DNA from: a virus
Lineage: Duplodnaviria; Heunggongvirae; Uroviricota; Caudoviricetes
IMG/VR virus record: IMGVR_UViG_2713896832_000003
DNA: 20,937 nt
Strand: one strand, 5' to 3'
Shown: positions 1 through 8,390 of the stretch, in pieces
How positions within the stretch are numbered: the stretch's first letter is position 1
Layout: each line of letters begins with the position of its first letter
Position numbers and translations under genes: made by a program
The notes under the pieces: generated by a model
The model's database searches: none
Seen by the model: only the letters and a program-made list of their open reading frames with translations
What the model was told of the DNA's origin: nothing

Positions 1-147
1 AATTAGGGCAGCCTTTTCGCCTGCCGGGAGTCACATTTTTCTGCATATCTGACACTTTGGTTCCCACTACTTATTTGGTGGACACCACTTTGTCTAATTT
101 GTCAGATTCTGACCAGACGGTTCAGGCTGTACGCTTACGTTAAAAAT

Positions 148-603
148 GTGATTGTTGCCGATCGCATTGATGAACGACTGGAAAAAGCGAAAGAGAGCGG
201 GGCAGACTGGGCGATCAATAACAGCCAGACACCGCTTGGCGAGATTTTCGCTGAAAAAGGCATCAAGCCGACATTAATTATCGATGCGGCTTGTCATCCT
301 TCTATCCTGAAAGAGGCCGTAACGCTGGCTTCTCCAGCGGCACGTATTGTATTGATGGGCTTCTCCAGTGAACCGTCTGAAGTGATTCAGCAAGGAATTA
401 CCGGAAAAGAACTCTCTATTTTCTCTTCACGCTTAAATGCAAATAAATTTCCGGTTGTTATCGACTGGTTAAGTAAAGGGTTAATTAAACCAGAAAAATT
501 AATTACCCATACGTTTGATTTCCAGCATGTTGCTGATGCCATTAGTTTATTTGAACAGGATCAAAAACATTGCTGCAAAGTCTTACTCACTTTTTCTGAA
601 TAA
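148..603 (+). CDS. Zn-dependent alcohol dehydrogenase family protein, C-terminal 151 codons (RspB-like); 5' part looks truncated or degenerate within this window
   Basis: Translation (VIVADRIDERLEKAKESGADWAINN ... HCCKVLLTFSE) matches the second half of the Rossmann/C-terminal region of medium-chain Zn-dehydrogenases. The frame is open from nt 7 to 147 but that stretch lacks the Gly-rich GxGxxG motif and is preceded by an in-frame TAG at 4-6; the first in-frame start is GTG 148. Confidence 0.55.
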   Translation: MIVADRIDERLEKAKESGADWAINNSQTPLGEIFAEKGIKPTLIIDAACHPSILKEAVTLASPAARIVLMGFSSEPSEVIQQGITGKELSIFSSRLNANKFPVVIDWLSKGLIKPEKLITHTFDFQHVADAISLFEQDQKHCCKVLLTFSE

Positions 604-660
604 TACCAATAACGGCGAGTAAGTAGTACGCATCTTACCTCTTTTTTAGAGATAACCATT

Positions 661-774
661 ATGACAATAGAAAAACATGAAAGAAGCACTAAGGATTTGG
701 TGAAAGCAGCAGTATCGGGATGGCTGGGCACTGCGCTTGAATTTATGGATTTCAAGAGTCATGCGTGTTAACTA
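661..774 (+). pseudogene. 5' stub (37 codons) of an MFS metabolite:H+ symporter gene, ending at the prophage boundary
   Basis: ATG 661; MTIEKHERSTKDLVKAAVSGWLGTALEFMDF carries the N-terminal G-x-x-x-E-(W/F)-x-D-F signature of ProP/KgtP-type MFS transporters, then stops at TAA 772-774, 17 nt before the integrase stop codon. Below the size cut-off of the ORF track. Confidence 0.4.
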
Positions 775-790
775 TTTGATAAATATTAAA

Positions 791-2086
791 TTAATTTTTC
801 ATTGCTTCGTTATGGGGCATGGTTGGGGCAAACTCGCTTAACTGTGTATTTAACAAAGCTACCTGTGCATTATTGTTTTCAGACATCCATTTTCCGTATA
901 CCTGAAATACCATTTGCGCATCTGCATGGCCCATCTGGTTTGCTATAAATGCCGGGTTAGCACCAGCTGTCAGCGACCAGCAGGCATAAGTATGTCTCGA
1001 CTGATATGATTTTCGATGGCGGAGTCCGGCACGTTTTATCGCTGCGTCCCACATCTGCCTTATTGAGTCAACGGTAAAATGGTCACCATAATTTTTTACT
1101 CTCGCTGACACTTCAGGTTGAAAAACAAAGGTGCATTTTTGTTTTTCTGTTCTGCCATACTCTCTGAGGTGAACATCAATGATATGCTCTTTGCTCAGTC
1201 TCGTTAATGTCATCTGACTCCGGAGAGCGTCGATTGCTGGCTTAATAAGATGAATGACCCGATTGGTTCCCGCCTGTGTTTTTGGTACCGTGAAACGGTC
1301 TTTTGCTAAATTTCTCCTGATCATCATTGTTCCATTTTTCAGATCTATGTCCTCCCATCCAAGTGCACACAGCTCACCAGGGCGAACGCCAGTATAAACA
1401 GAAACACACCATAAATTTTTTGCTTGCTGATTTCTGCACGCATCGATAAGACGGATAAATTCTTCCCGCGAAAGAGGATCCGGAATGGTTCTTGATTCCT
1501 TTAATGGCGAGATCCCCTTAAACGGATTATCTGCCAGGTAACCGTTATCAACACCAAACTGGAACACGGCGTTAAGATTTGTCATGTAATTATTTACAGT
1601 TACAGCCGATCTCCCTGGTTGTGTAACAATATAGTTACTTTTGGGGATCTGGTATCCAGTCAGTAACTCTTTACGAACCTCCAGTAATTTTTCTTTATTA
1701 ATCGATGAGGCAAGATTTTTTTCACCGATTATGCTCAGGATATTTTTGATGACGGCACGGTATGTGTTGAGTGATGTTTTGGCGACTTCAGTTTCTTTCA
1801 GTGCCAGAAATTTTTCAGCCAGTTCTTTTATGGTTAAATCTTGTCGGGCCTCACCAAATTTTTCCAGATTGCGTGAGGAGGGAAACTGTTTTGCATAGTC
1901 GAAAACACCAGTTTTTATTGCGTAACAAACAGAGGAGCGTAGTTCACCTGCAACGCGCCTGTTTTTTGCTGTGTCAGGAACCCCCAGGTTTTCCCTGACT
2001 CTTACGCCTTTATAAACAAACCAGATACGTAATTTCCCTCCATGGTTTTCCACGCCTGTCGGATATTTCATTTCAACTTCTCTCAT
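791..2086 (-). CDS. int: phage integrase, tyrosine recombinase (lambda Int family)
   Basis: 431-aa ORF with the C-terminal catalytic region of tyrosine recombinases (R...HxxR...Y; ...YQSRHTYACWSLTAGANPAFIANQMGHADAQMVFQVYGKW). Probable true start is the second ATG (2071, MKYPTGV...) behind a purine-rich GAGAGAAG. Adjacent to the disrupted host gene as expected for an att-int arrangement. Confidence 0.9.
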   Translation of the reverse strand: MREVEMKYPTGVENHGGKLRIWFVYKGVRVRENLGVPDTAKNRRVAGELRSSVCYAIKTGVFDYAKQFPSSRNLEKFGEARQDLTIKELAEKFLALKETEVAKTSLNTYRAVIKNILSIIGEKNLASSINKEKLLEVRKELLTGYQIPKSNYIVTQPGRSAVTVNNYMTNLNAVFQFGVDNGYLADNPFKGISPLKESRTIPDPLSREEFIRLIDACRNQQAKNLWCVSVYTGVRPGELCALGWEDIDLKNGTMMIRRNLAKDRFTVPKTQAGTNRVIHLIKPAIDALRSQMTLTRLSKEHIIDVHLREYGRTEKQKCTFVFQPEVSARVKNYGDHFTVDSIRQMWDAAIKRAGLRHRKSYQSRHTYACWSLTAGANPAFIANQMGHADAQMVFQVYGKWMSENNNAQVALLNTQLSEFAPTMPHNEAMKN

Positions 2087-2105
2087 TAGTTAGTGTGGCT
2101 TTTAG

Positions 2106-2357
2106 TCAAGTAAGATGACGTCTTGGTCTCGCTGATGCCTGGCGCTCAATCCAGCGATCAATTTCTTCCAGGTTGTAAAAGCATGGACTGTTATCCCATG
2201 GCATACCGTCATGAGCGACATGCTTATATTCCCTTCCTTCCATAAACGATTTTTCCCGGGCCTTTTTTAACGTACCTTTTTTTATTCCTTTCAGCGCAAT
2301 TAACTGCTCTTCGGATACCCATTTGCCGGGAGAGACAATCATGATTACTTCGCTCAT
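2106..2357 (-). CDS. excisionase-like small DNA-binding protein
   Basis: 83-aa ORF immediately upstream of and co-oriented with int (19-nt gap), the position and size class of xis genes. Assignment by context; no strong motif recalled. Confidence 0.55.
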   Translation of the reverse strand: MSEVIMIVSPGKWVSEEQLIALKGIKKGTLKKAREKSFMEGREYKHVAHDGMPWDNSPCFYNLEEIDRWIERQASARPRRHLT

Positions 2358-2429
2358 CGATTTCTTTATCTCTTACATTAGACGAGCGCCGGTTGCAGAA
2401 TACCAGTCACAACCGGCGACAGTTGAACA

Positions 2430-4901
2430 TTAAGAATCAGCCTGACTCGGGATCAGTTTTTGCCAGATAACTGAAACGTATTTTGCCTGGTAACGGGCGT
2501 CATCAAGTGCATTATGGCGCTCACCTTCGAATTGAATAGCCGTTCTGGCATCGAAGTCTATGACTTTCCCCAGCTCAACGATTGTGCGTACATCGCGATC
2601 GTTGTAGTAACGCCACGGGCAGGGGATCCCCTGCCGTTCGTATGAACGGCGCAAAATCGTGTTGTCGAAGTTGGCTCCATTCCCCCAAACCTGAACAAAA
2701 AATTCACCGGAGTTTTCGTCGATAAATTCCCGCAATTGTAACAGTGCATCATCTAACGGGATTTCATCGGTCATAATGGCAGATTGCGCTTCGCGTGATT
2801 GCTTAAGCCACCATTTAATGGTGTCCCGATCAATGACTCCGCCAGCAGTTTCCAGATCGATAGTCTTACTAAATTCCGGTCCCATATCTCCGGTTTGCGG
2901 ATCGAAAAATATTGCACCTATTGAGGTGATCGGGGCATCAGGATTTTTTCCCATGGTTTCAAGGTCGATCATTAGATGGTCACACGTCCTGCTGGTGGAT
3001 GTGATTTCGTGATGACCGTTCACCTTAATTGGGTGATCTGCCGTCTCGCCAGTTTCATTATCGCTATTGTGATGCTGATTGCCGCCAGTGTTCTCCTTGT
3101 GTGGATGTTCAGCGCCTTCCATTTCCTCCGGATCATCTTCCTGAACTTCAACCTGATACTCTTCATCGAATGTTTCTTGGTATGTTGCGTCGCCCATCAC
3201 CGCGCCACAATCAGGGCAGTTGCCGCCGCCGGTCTGACCGCAGGCGGTGCAGACTTTTTCCACTTCCTGTTGCGCTACTGGTTCAGGCTGTTTCGTTTCT
3301 GGCTCGTTTTGTAACGCATTTGGACTGTTTTGTTCCGCTTTTTGGTAGTTCCGTTCCGATTCATGCTGGTTCTGGTTCACAGAATCGCGGGTCTGGATCC
3401 CCTTAACCCATTTCGGATCATTCGGGTCACTAATCCCTTCAACAAATTCACCACGTGATGCAGCAAGCAACTTATCAGCGTCAGGCTGGCTGATATTGGC
3501 TGCCTGCATAATTTTGTTTACTTCGTCAGCGGTAACTTTTATCGGCTCTGGTTGTTCTGAATCTTCAGCGGTATCTACATTTTGCGGTAAGCCCGTGTAT
3601 GTGCCATTTTTTCGGGCAAAATATTCTTCTTTTGTGATTTCAGTGGCGCCAGCAGCCAGTGCCTTATCCAGACCAGAAAGTTTGTTTGCGCGACCGTATT
3701 TTTCTCCGTCCTTATCTGCGAAGAGGAAATAGAACGGCCCCTCACGCTCTACAGATGGTTCAGCTTCCGGCGCGGTTTCATTTTTTGGGATATCAGATAC
3801 CTCAGTTTCCACTGCATCAGTTTGTGTTTCTGATGACTGGAGAACATCAACAGTGCCCAGGTCTGTTTCTTCATTCTCAAACACGCCCTTTGTCGTCAGG
3901 TATTCGCAGATATATTTGTTCAGTGCTACGGGATCTTTGTGAATGTCGATCGGACGCTCACGGACAAGGCCAAAAATAGTTTGGCGGTCGTAGCGAAGGG
4001 CATCAGGCTGTTTGCGCATTGATGCCGAGATACGCTTCCAGTCTTCGCGGTCGTTGTCGATAACTTCTTTTTTTGCCCAGCGATGGATGCTGCCGTCAAT
4101 GTTTCCGGCATCCACATCACCAGGCCAGAGAGCGTAGGCCAGTTCGTCATCCAGTGTTTTCCATGTCTGCTTGTATTCGCGATGAATGGCAGCAATGACC
4201 GGGCTGATTTTTCCTGTTGAATTTTCAGTGTACTGTTGATTGGCTCTGGCGCGTGCGAGATCAACAACAGACGTGTATTTTCCGGTTTCCTTGCGTTCAC
4301 CTTCGCGACGTTTTTTCCAGATGCGCATCTCTGCCTGAATTTCGGGCCATTTAGCACCAGGAATACATTTATGCTTAACCCACCCAATGGCGTGCAACTT
4401 AAGCTCCGGATACATGGCGTTAACTTCTGGCATTTTCATCAACGCTTCAACGATATGTCCGTCGAATGTTGCCATGTCTTCCTGCAACAATTCCTGTGCG
4501 CTAATAACCATATCAACGGTGATGTTTTCACATGTGTCGAACTTAACCATGACAGCGTTCTGTACTTCAGGGGCCAGCTTGTCAAAAGTGACGTTCATCG
4601 GATCGGATTCAGTCTCAACCGGGACAAAAGAAGCAGACTCCTCATCCCAGCGGTTTTCCTGCATATATTCAGCATCCCATGAATCGAGGGCAGGGCGGGG
4701 TATGCCAGGTTTATCCTCGCAGACAATAAATTTATAAGCGCAGTCCTGAGCAGCCGGATAATGTTCCAGGAATTGCCAGTGAAATTTTGCTCGAGCACGG
4801 CGTTCGTCGCCAGCTTCAATGGCTGTGGCTACAGCCACAGCGCCTTCTTCCCTTGTTGCCAGTTCGTCAGGAATAGCGGCGCAAATAAAGACTTTACTCA
4901 T
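2430..4901 (-). CDS. exodeoxyribonuclease VIII-like protein: RecE-like central region with a DnaQ/DEDDh-type 3'-5' exonuclease C-terminal domain
   Basis: 823-aa ORF. The central acidic/Q-rich segment with zinc-ribbon CTACGQTGGGNCPDCG resembles the RecE middle region as I recall it. The C-terminal ~180 aa carry DEDDh-like motifs (MIDLETMG...; ...WGNGANFD...; ...HNALDDARYQAKY). Confidence 0.8.
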   Translation of the reverse strand: MSKVFICAAIPDELATREEGAVAVATAIEAGDERRARAKFHWQFLEHYPAAQDCAYKFIVCEDKPGIPRPALDSWDAEYMQENRWDEESASFVPVETESDPMNVTFDKLAPEVQNAVMVKFDTCENITVDMVISAQELLQEDMATFDGHIVEALMKMPEVNAMYPELKLHAIGWVKHKCIPGAKWPEIQAEMRIWKKRREGERKETGKYTSVVDLARARANQQYTENSTGKISPVIAAIHREYKQTWKTLDDELAYALWPGDVDAGNIDGSIHRWAKKEVIDNDREDWKRISASMRKQPDALRYDRQTIFGLVRERPIDIHKDPVALNKYICEYLTTKGVFENEETDLGTVDVLQSSETQTDAVETEVSDIPKNETAPEAEPSVEREGPFYFLFADKDGEKYGRANKLSGLDKALAAGATEITKEEYFARKNGTYTGLPQNVDTAEDSEQPEPIKVTADEVNKIMQAANISQPDADKLLAASRGEFVEGISDPNDPKWVKGIQTRDSVNQNQHESERNYQKAEQNSPNALQNEPETKQPEPVAQQEVEKVCTACGQTGGGNCPDCGAVMGDATYQETFDEEYQVEVQEDDPEEMEGAEHPHKENTGGNQHHNSDNETGETADHPIKVNGHHEITSTSRTCDHLMIDLETMGKNPDAPITSIGAIFFDPQTGDMGPEFSKTIDLETAGGVIDRDTIKWWLKQSREAQSAIMTDEIPLDDALLQLREFIDENSGEFFVQVWGNGANFDNTILRRSYERQGIPCPWRYYNDRDVRTIVELGKVIDFDARTAIQFEGERHNALDDARYQAKYVSVIWQKLIPSQADS

Positions 4902-4994
4902 TTTGTTTTAACCTCATGACAGATTTAAGGATGAACAAATCCCTGCCATTGCTGGCATATAAGAATGAAACCGGATATTTATTACGGAACTGTT

Positions 4995-5186
4995 TTAAAG
5001 ACCTGCCGGGATTTCGATATTATCCTGGTTAATAACTTTATCGACCGGGTAACAGTTACCGGGAATTTTCTGTTCGGTTGCTGCAGTCATACACTCCTGC
5101 ATTGTCCTGTGAACACTGACTGCAATATCAACTGGCACTCCGGAAACAAGAAAAACTGTCAGAACAAGCGCAAATGCTGAATTCAT
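4995..5186 (-). CDS. ydfD: YdfD-like small protein (63 aa, N-terminal hydrophobic segment)
   Basis: The ORF track gives 81 aa, but the internal Met (MNSAFALVLTVFLVSG...) start at 5186 forms an ATGA overlap with the dicB stop, implying translational coupling. Size and position match ydfD downstream of dicB in Qin (recalled). Confidence 0.5.
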   Translation of the reverse strand: MNSAFALVLTVFLVSGVPVDIAVSVHRTMQECMTAATEQKIPGNCYPVDKVINQDNIEIPAGL

Positions 5187-5371
5187 TGTGCACATCCTTT
5201 TGGCATCAGACGTAAACGAGCCAGCATTGAAACAATGCATATTTTATTTAATAGCTCCCGTTCTTGTTTTCTCTTGTTAATGGCATCTTCAGTAAATACA
5301 GGGTTACTGATAGTGACACCAATTTCAAAACAACCTTCAGACGTATTAACGTTTGGTAATAACGTTTTCAT
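5183..5371 (-). CDS. dicB: DicB cell-division inhibitor
   Basis: 62-aa ORF MKTLLPNVNTSEGCFEIGVTISNPVFTEDAINKRKQERELLNKICIVSMLARLRLMPKGCAQ, matching my recollection of Qin DicB in length and sequence. Confidence 0.75.
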   Translation of the reverse strand: MKTLLPNVNTSEGCFEIGVTISNPVFTEDAINKRKQERELLNKICIVSMLARLRLMPKGCAQ

Positions 5372-5419
5372 TATCGCGTCCTCAACAATGAATTTTGTGA
5401 TGCAGTGCCTGGTGCCTCC

Positions 5420-5460
5420 AGGTGACGTTAACCAGTTAACAATTAACGTCGGATATCCGG
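5420..5460. promoter_or_regulatory. palindrome-rich divergent control region between the leftward dicB operon and the rightward replication operon
   Basis: 8-bp inverted repeat GACGTTAA (5423-5430) / TTAACGTC (5443-5450) and the 10-bp palindrome CGGATATCCG (5450-5459), in the ~250-bp gap between divergent operons. Confidence 0.3.
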
Positions 5461-5475
5461 ATTAGTGATTTCAGG

Positions 5476-5697
5476 TTGTATCGTGAGATCAGTGATGGAA
5501 AAAGTATTACGTACATGATCGCCGGGTTAAATAAAGAATATGGCGATGTGGTGGAATCCGGACTGCTTTTTGCAGATCCTGCCGTTGTAGATCGTGAAAC
5601 TGACGAACTTATAGAAAAAGCAATTGCTTTCAAGCTTGCGTATCGACAGCAATACCAACAAAAAGCTGGATGGAATTATGAGTCTTCTTTTTGCTGA
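5476..5697 (+). CDS. hypothetical small protein (TTG start as listed; internal ATG at 5515 possible); uncertain
   Basis: 73-aa ORF with protein-like composition, whereas the overlapping minus-strand ORF 5436..5633 is Ser/Thr-rich and low-complexity. No motif recognised; overlaps the start of the replication gene. Confidence 0.25.
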   Translation: MYREISDGKSITYMIAGLNKEYGDVVESGLLFADPAVVDRETDELIEKAIAFKLAYRQQYQQKAGWNYESSFC

Positions 5698-6643
5698 ACG
5701 CCCACTGGTTATAAACACGCAGCTGGCAATGAAAATTGGCTTAAACGAAGCCATTGTTTTGCAACAACTGCACTACTGGTTGAGAGATACCAACTCCGGC
5801 ATGGAATGTGATGGTGTTCGCTGGATTTATAACACAACGGAACAATGGCTGGAACAGTTCCCATTCTGGTCAGAGTCAACGTTAAAGCGCGCGTTTGCAA
5901 GTCTGAAAACGCTGGGGCTTTTGCGTTGTGAAAAGCTCAATAAATCAAAGCGCGATATGACCAATTTCTACACGATCAACTACGGGAGCGAGCTTTTAGA
6001 TGGTGGCAAATTGAGCGAATCCATCGGTTTAAAATGCGCCGCTCCATCAGGTCAAAATGACACGATGGAAGAGGTCAAAATGAAACGCTCCATTGGTTCA
6101 AAACGACTCAATGTCATCGGGTCAAAATGGCCTGATGATCTTACAGAGAATACAACAGAGATTACTACAGAGAATAAAAAGACTTCTCGTCCGGAAGCTT
6201 CGCAACCGGACCCGCAGACGGTTGAACAGGATTTTTTAACCCGACACCCTGACGCGGTTGTGTTCAGTGCGAAAAAACGCCAGTGGGGCAGCCAGGAAGA
6301 TTTGGCGTGTGCGCAGTGGATCTGGGGGCGAATCGTGAGTCTTTACGAGCAGGCCGCCAGCGATGATGGCGAGATTTCGCGACCGAAAGAACCCAACTGG
6401 ACCGCATGGGCCAACGACGTGCGCACAATGCGGATGCTGGATGGCAGAACTCACAGACAAATTTGTGAAATGTTTGGTCGGGTGCAGCGGGATCCATTCT
6501 GGGTAAAAAATATCATGAGTCCGTCAAAGCTTCGCGAAAAATGGGATGAACTGGTTATCCGCCTGGGGCGTTCGTCTGTACAGCGTTGTGTGAATCATAT
6601 TTCTGAGCCGGATACCGAAATTCCGCCGGGCTTCAGGGGGTAA
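5624..6643 (+). CDS. phage replication initiator (lambda O-like replisome organizer)
   Basis: N-terminal winged-helix-like region (MSLLFAERPLVINTQLAMKIGLNEAIVLQQLHYWL...) typical of phage initiators, and the iteron array lies inside the gene as in lambda O. Likely true start is ATG 5678 (MSLLFAERPLV). Confidence 0.75.
   Translation: MLSSLRIDSNTNKKLDGIMSLLFAERPLVINTQLAMKIGLNEAIVLQQLHYWLRDTNSGMECDGVRWIYNTTEQWLEQFPFWSESTLKRAFASLKTLGLLRCEKLNKSKRDMTNFYTINYGSELLDGGKLSESIGLKCAAPSGQNDTMEEVKMKRSIGSKRLNVIGSKWPDDLTENTTEITTENKKTSRPEASQPDPQTVEQDFLTRHPDAVVFSAKKRQWGSQEDLACAQWIWGRIVSLYEQAASDDGEISRPKEPNWTAWANDVRTMRMLDGRTHRQICEMFGRVQRDPFWVKNIMSPSKLREKWDELVIRLGRSSVQRCVNHISEPDTEIPPGFRG
6020..6129. repeat. origin-like iteron array: five 17-bp direct repeats (consensus TCCATCrGGTCAAAATG) at exact 23-bp spacing
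   Basis: Copies start at 6020, 6043, 6066, 6089 and 6112. A 23-bp period is not a multiple of 3, so the repeat is a DNA-level signal rather than an amino-acid repeat. Followed at 6140-6180 by A/T-rich ACAGAGA(A/T)TA direct repeats. Confidence 0.65.
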
Positions 6644-6683
6644 GTGTTAATTTCTGGTCATGAGGTAATTTTCAGGAGGGCTT

Positions 6684-7106
6684 GTGGCAAAAGTTTTTAC
6701 ACAAGAAGAGCGGGAAAAAATTAAAGGGCAGGTTGTTGAACTCGTACGCCGGAGTGGGCGTGAGACGTTACGGCAACTGGAAGTCAAGACAGGTGCGACA
6801 AGATATCTGATGAGCGTTCTCGCAAGAGAGCTGGTTGCCAGCGGCGATGTATACAACTCTGGTTACGGGTTATTCCCGTCTGAACAGGCGCGTAAGGACT
6901 GGCAAAATGCCCGTAAAAAGCTCTCAAGGGCAAAGCTGAAGGAACCATCTGCGGTTGATCCGGACCTTATCTGGTCATTACCTGACGGAGAAATACGTCG
7001 TTACGACAGGCGTCATAATATGATTTGTACTGAGTGTCGTAAAAGCGAAGTTATGCAGCGCATATTGTCGTTTTATCAGGGGGATGTCCGGTATTTATTG
7101 AAGTGA
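6684..7106 (+). CDS. hypothetical phage protein, 140 aa
   Basis: GTG start 6 nt after an AGGAGG RBS (6672-6677), 40 nt downstream of the replication gene; basic, protein-like composition. Confidence 0.6.
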   Translation: MAKVFTQEEREKIKGQVVELVRRSGRETLRQLEVKTGATRYLMSVLARELVASGDVYNSGYGLFPSEQARKDWQNARKKLSRAKLKEPSAVDPDLIWSLPDGEIRRYDRRHNMICTECRKSEVMQRILSFYQGDVRYLLK

Positions 7107-7174
7107 CGAGATTAAAGTGCATTAGTTCAGATGCAAATTGACATTTTGTGGCACAGGGTAGAGCTAGCGTGGTT

Positions 7175-7198
7175 GTCCGCTTTGTGCCAAGAGCGGAC
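7175..7198. repeat. palindromic repeat, copy A (GTCCGCTTTGTGCCAAGAGCGGAC)
   Basis: Imperfect hairpin with GTCCGC(T) / (A)GCGGAC arms, between the convergent 6684 gene and the GIY-YIG gene; two mismatches to copy B. Confidence 0.5.
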
Positions 7199-7235
7199 TT
7201 TGCAAAATGGGGGTTATTTCAATCAAAACGTAACG

Positions 7236-8180
7236 TCACAACCAGCCGACGCTCTCTCGCCATTTATAATTAGTAACTTTATCATTTTCGCTTATTTTTT
7301 TAGATATAGAGCGCGGCTCTCTTCCTAGATACTCAGATATTTCTATCGGGGACAAATCAAAATCAACAAGCATGACTCTAAGTTTTTCCATTTCCTTTAA
7401 AGTCCAAGGCTTGCCATAATTTTCATAAAGAGATACCTTATGCTCCCTGATAGTTCGCTTTCTCTGAGTTTCACTTTCCCTCTGAAAAATCTCGCTTTTA
7501 AATTGTGAACGGAACTCTTTACAGAAGTTGTTATCAGTTTTTTTGTTATATAGATTGCTAAAAATAAGCTGGGATGCCGGGTCTAAATCAGGTGTGTTAA
7601 TAATGAAAACTTTGACCTTTTCCATATAGGGATATTCAATTTTACCCAATATGCTTAATTGCTTTATATTAAAAAAACCTCTCAAATCAAAAGATTTAAT
7701 GAGCTTTGATTGGATTACACTTTCAATCCTGCTTGCATTTAAATAACAGTACTTTGCCATTGGAAGGGCCCATACTACCAGTTGAGGAATATATTTTTCT
7801 AATGCAATGCTCTGCCAATCAGTATCAAAGGTTTGGCTTTTTGCTAGCATGTTTTTCGGCAAATCAGAATACATTGTGGTAGATGCCCATATCTTATAAT
7901 CATTCGCCAAGGCTTGATAGTATTTTGTGTGGTTATGAATTTTATAAGCTGACATGAAGCGATAAACGTCTTCGTCGTGACCAGCGTCGTAAATTGTTCG
8001 ATTTCCTCTAAGATAACCGTCGTAATGTTCGGTTATCCTTCTACCTACATTACAACTTACCCCAACGTAAACCACACGACTGAAAAGTCCTTTATGGACA
8101 ATAAGATAAACTCCGCTACAGCCAGATTTCCTGGCCTCTGATAGAGAACCTAAAAATCTCCATTCCATAATTAAATCCAT
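7236..8180 (-). CDS. GIY-YIG nuclease-domain protein with a C-terminal putative HTH region
   Basis: N-terminal SGVYLIVHKGLFSRVVYVGVSCNVGRRITEH fits the GIY...YIG...R...E pattern of GIY-YIG nucleases. The C-terminal ~60 aa (PWTLKEMEKLRVMLVDFDLSPIEISEYLGREPRSISKKIS) are HTH-like. AT-rich coding sequence. Confidence 0.7.
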   Translation of the reverse strand: MDLIMEWRFLGSLSEARKSGCSGVYLIVHKGLFSRVVYVGVSCNVGRRITEHYDGYLRGNRTIYDAGHDEDVYRFMSAYKIHNHTKYYQALANDYKIWASTTMYSDLPKNMLAKSQTFDTDWQSIALEKYIPQLVVWALPMAKYCYLNASRIESVIQSKLIKSFDLRGFFNIKQLSILGKIEYPYMEKVKVFIINTPDLDPASQLIFSNLYNKKTDNNFCKEFRSQFKSEIFQRESETQRKRTIREHKVSLYENYGKPWTLKEMEKLRVMLVDFDLSPIEISEYLGREPRSISKKISENDKVTNYKWRESVGWL

Positions 8181-8348
8181 AATTATTGCTACTGTTTTTG
8201 TTTATCATTATTTTCGTGAAACTTCAACAATTTTATCCAAAAGCTAAGGGCAAAGACTTATATAATTATACTTGTCATCGTTAGCGATTATATAGAGTAG
8301 TGGCGCTGACCTGCTCCCTGGTGATTCACACAGAATGCTGTTAGTAAT

Positions 8349-8372
8349 GTCCGTTCCTCGCTCTCAGCGGAC
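8349..8372. repeat. palindromic repeat, copy D (GTCCGTTCCTCGCTCTCAGCGGAC)
   Basis: Same arm sequences as copies A, B and C; about 170 nt upstream of the GIY-YIG gene start. Confidence 0.45.
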
Positions 8373-8390
8373 CTTCAGCTCAGTGATATC

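Noticed and set aside
561-755. 64-aa minus-strand ORF spanning the end of the dehydrogenase gene and the MFS stub
   Set aside because: Overlaps two better-supported plus-strand coding segments and has no RBS.
1641-1998. Plus-strand ORFs 1641..1898 and 1771..1998 inside the integrase gene
   Set aside because: Antisense shadows of the integrase ORF.
2558-4819. Ten short ORFs on both strands inside the exonuclease gene (2558..2752, 2776..3012, 2976..3314, 3029..3406, 3496..3732, 3659..3979, 3926..4387, 4236..4682, 4387..4737, 4595..4819)
   Set aside because: All lie within the long, well-supported 823-aa ORF and have low-complexity or Cys/Arg-rich translations typical of out-of-frame or antisense shadows.
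4965-5465. Plus-strand ORFs 4965..5180 and 5235..5465 opposite ydfD and dicB, and minus-strand ORF 5436..5633
   Set aside because: Antisense to the coupled dicB/ydfD pair or Ser/Thr-rich low complexity; no start signals.
5372-5475. DicF small RNA expected upstream of dicB
   Set aside because: I searched both strands for the DicF core as I remember it and found only a short GGTGACGTT-like fragment on the opposite strand; insufficient to call.
7131-7328. 65-aa plus-strand ORF overlapping palindrome copy A and the 3' end of the GIY-YIG gene
   Set aside because: No RBS, overlaps a convergent gene end; likely non-coding.
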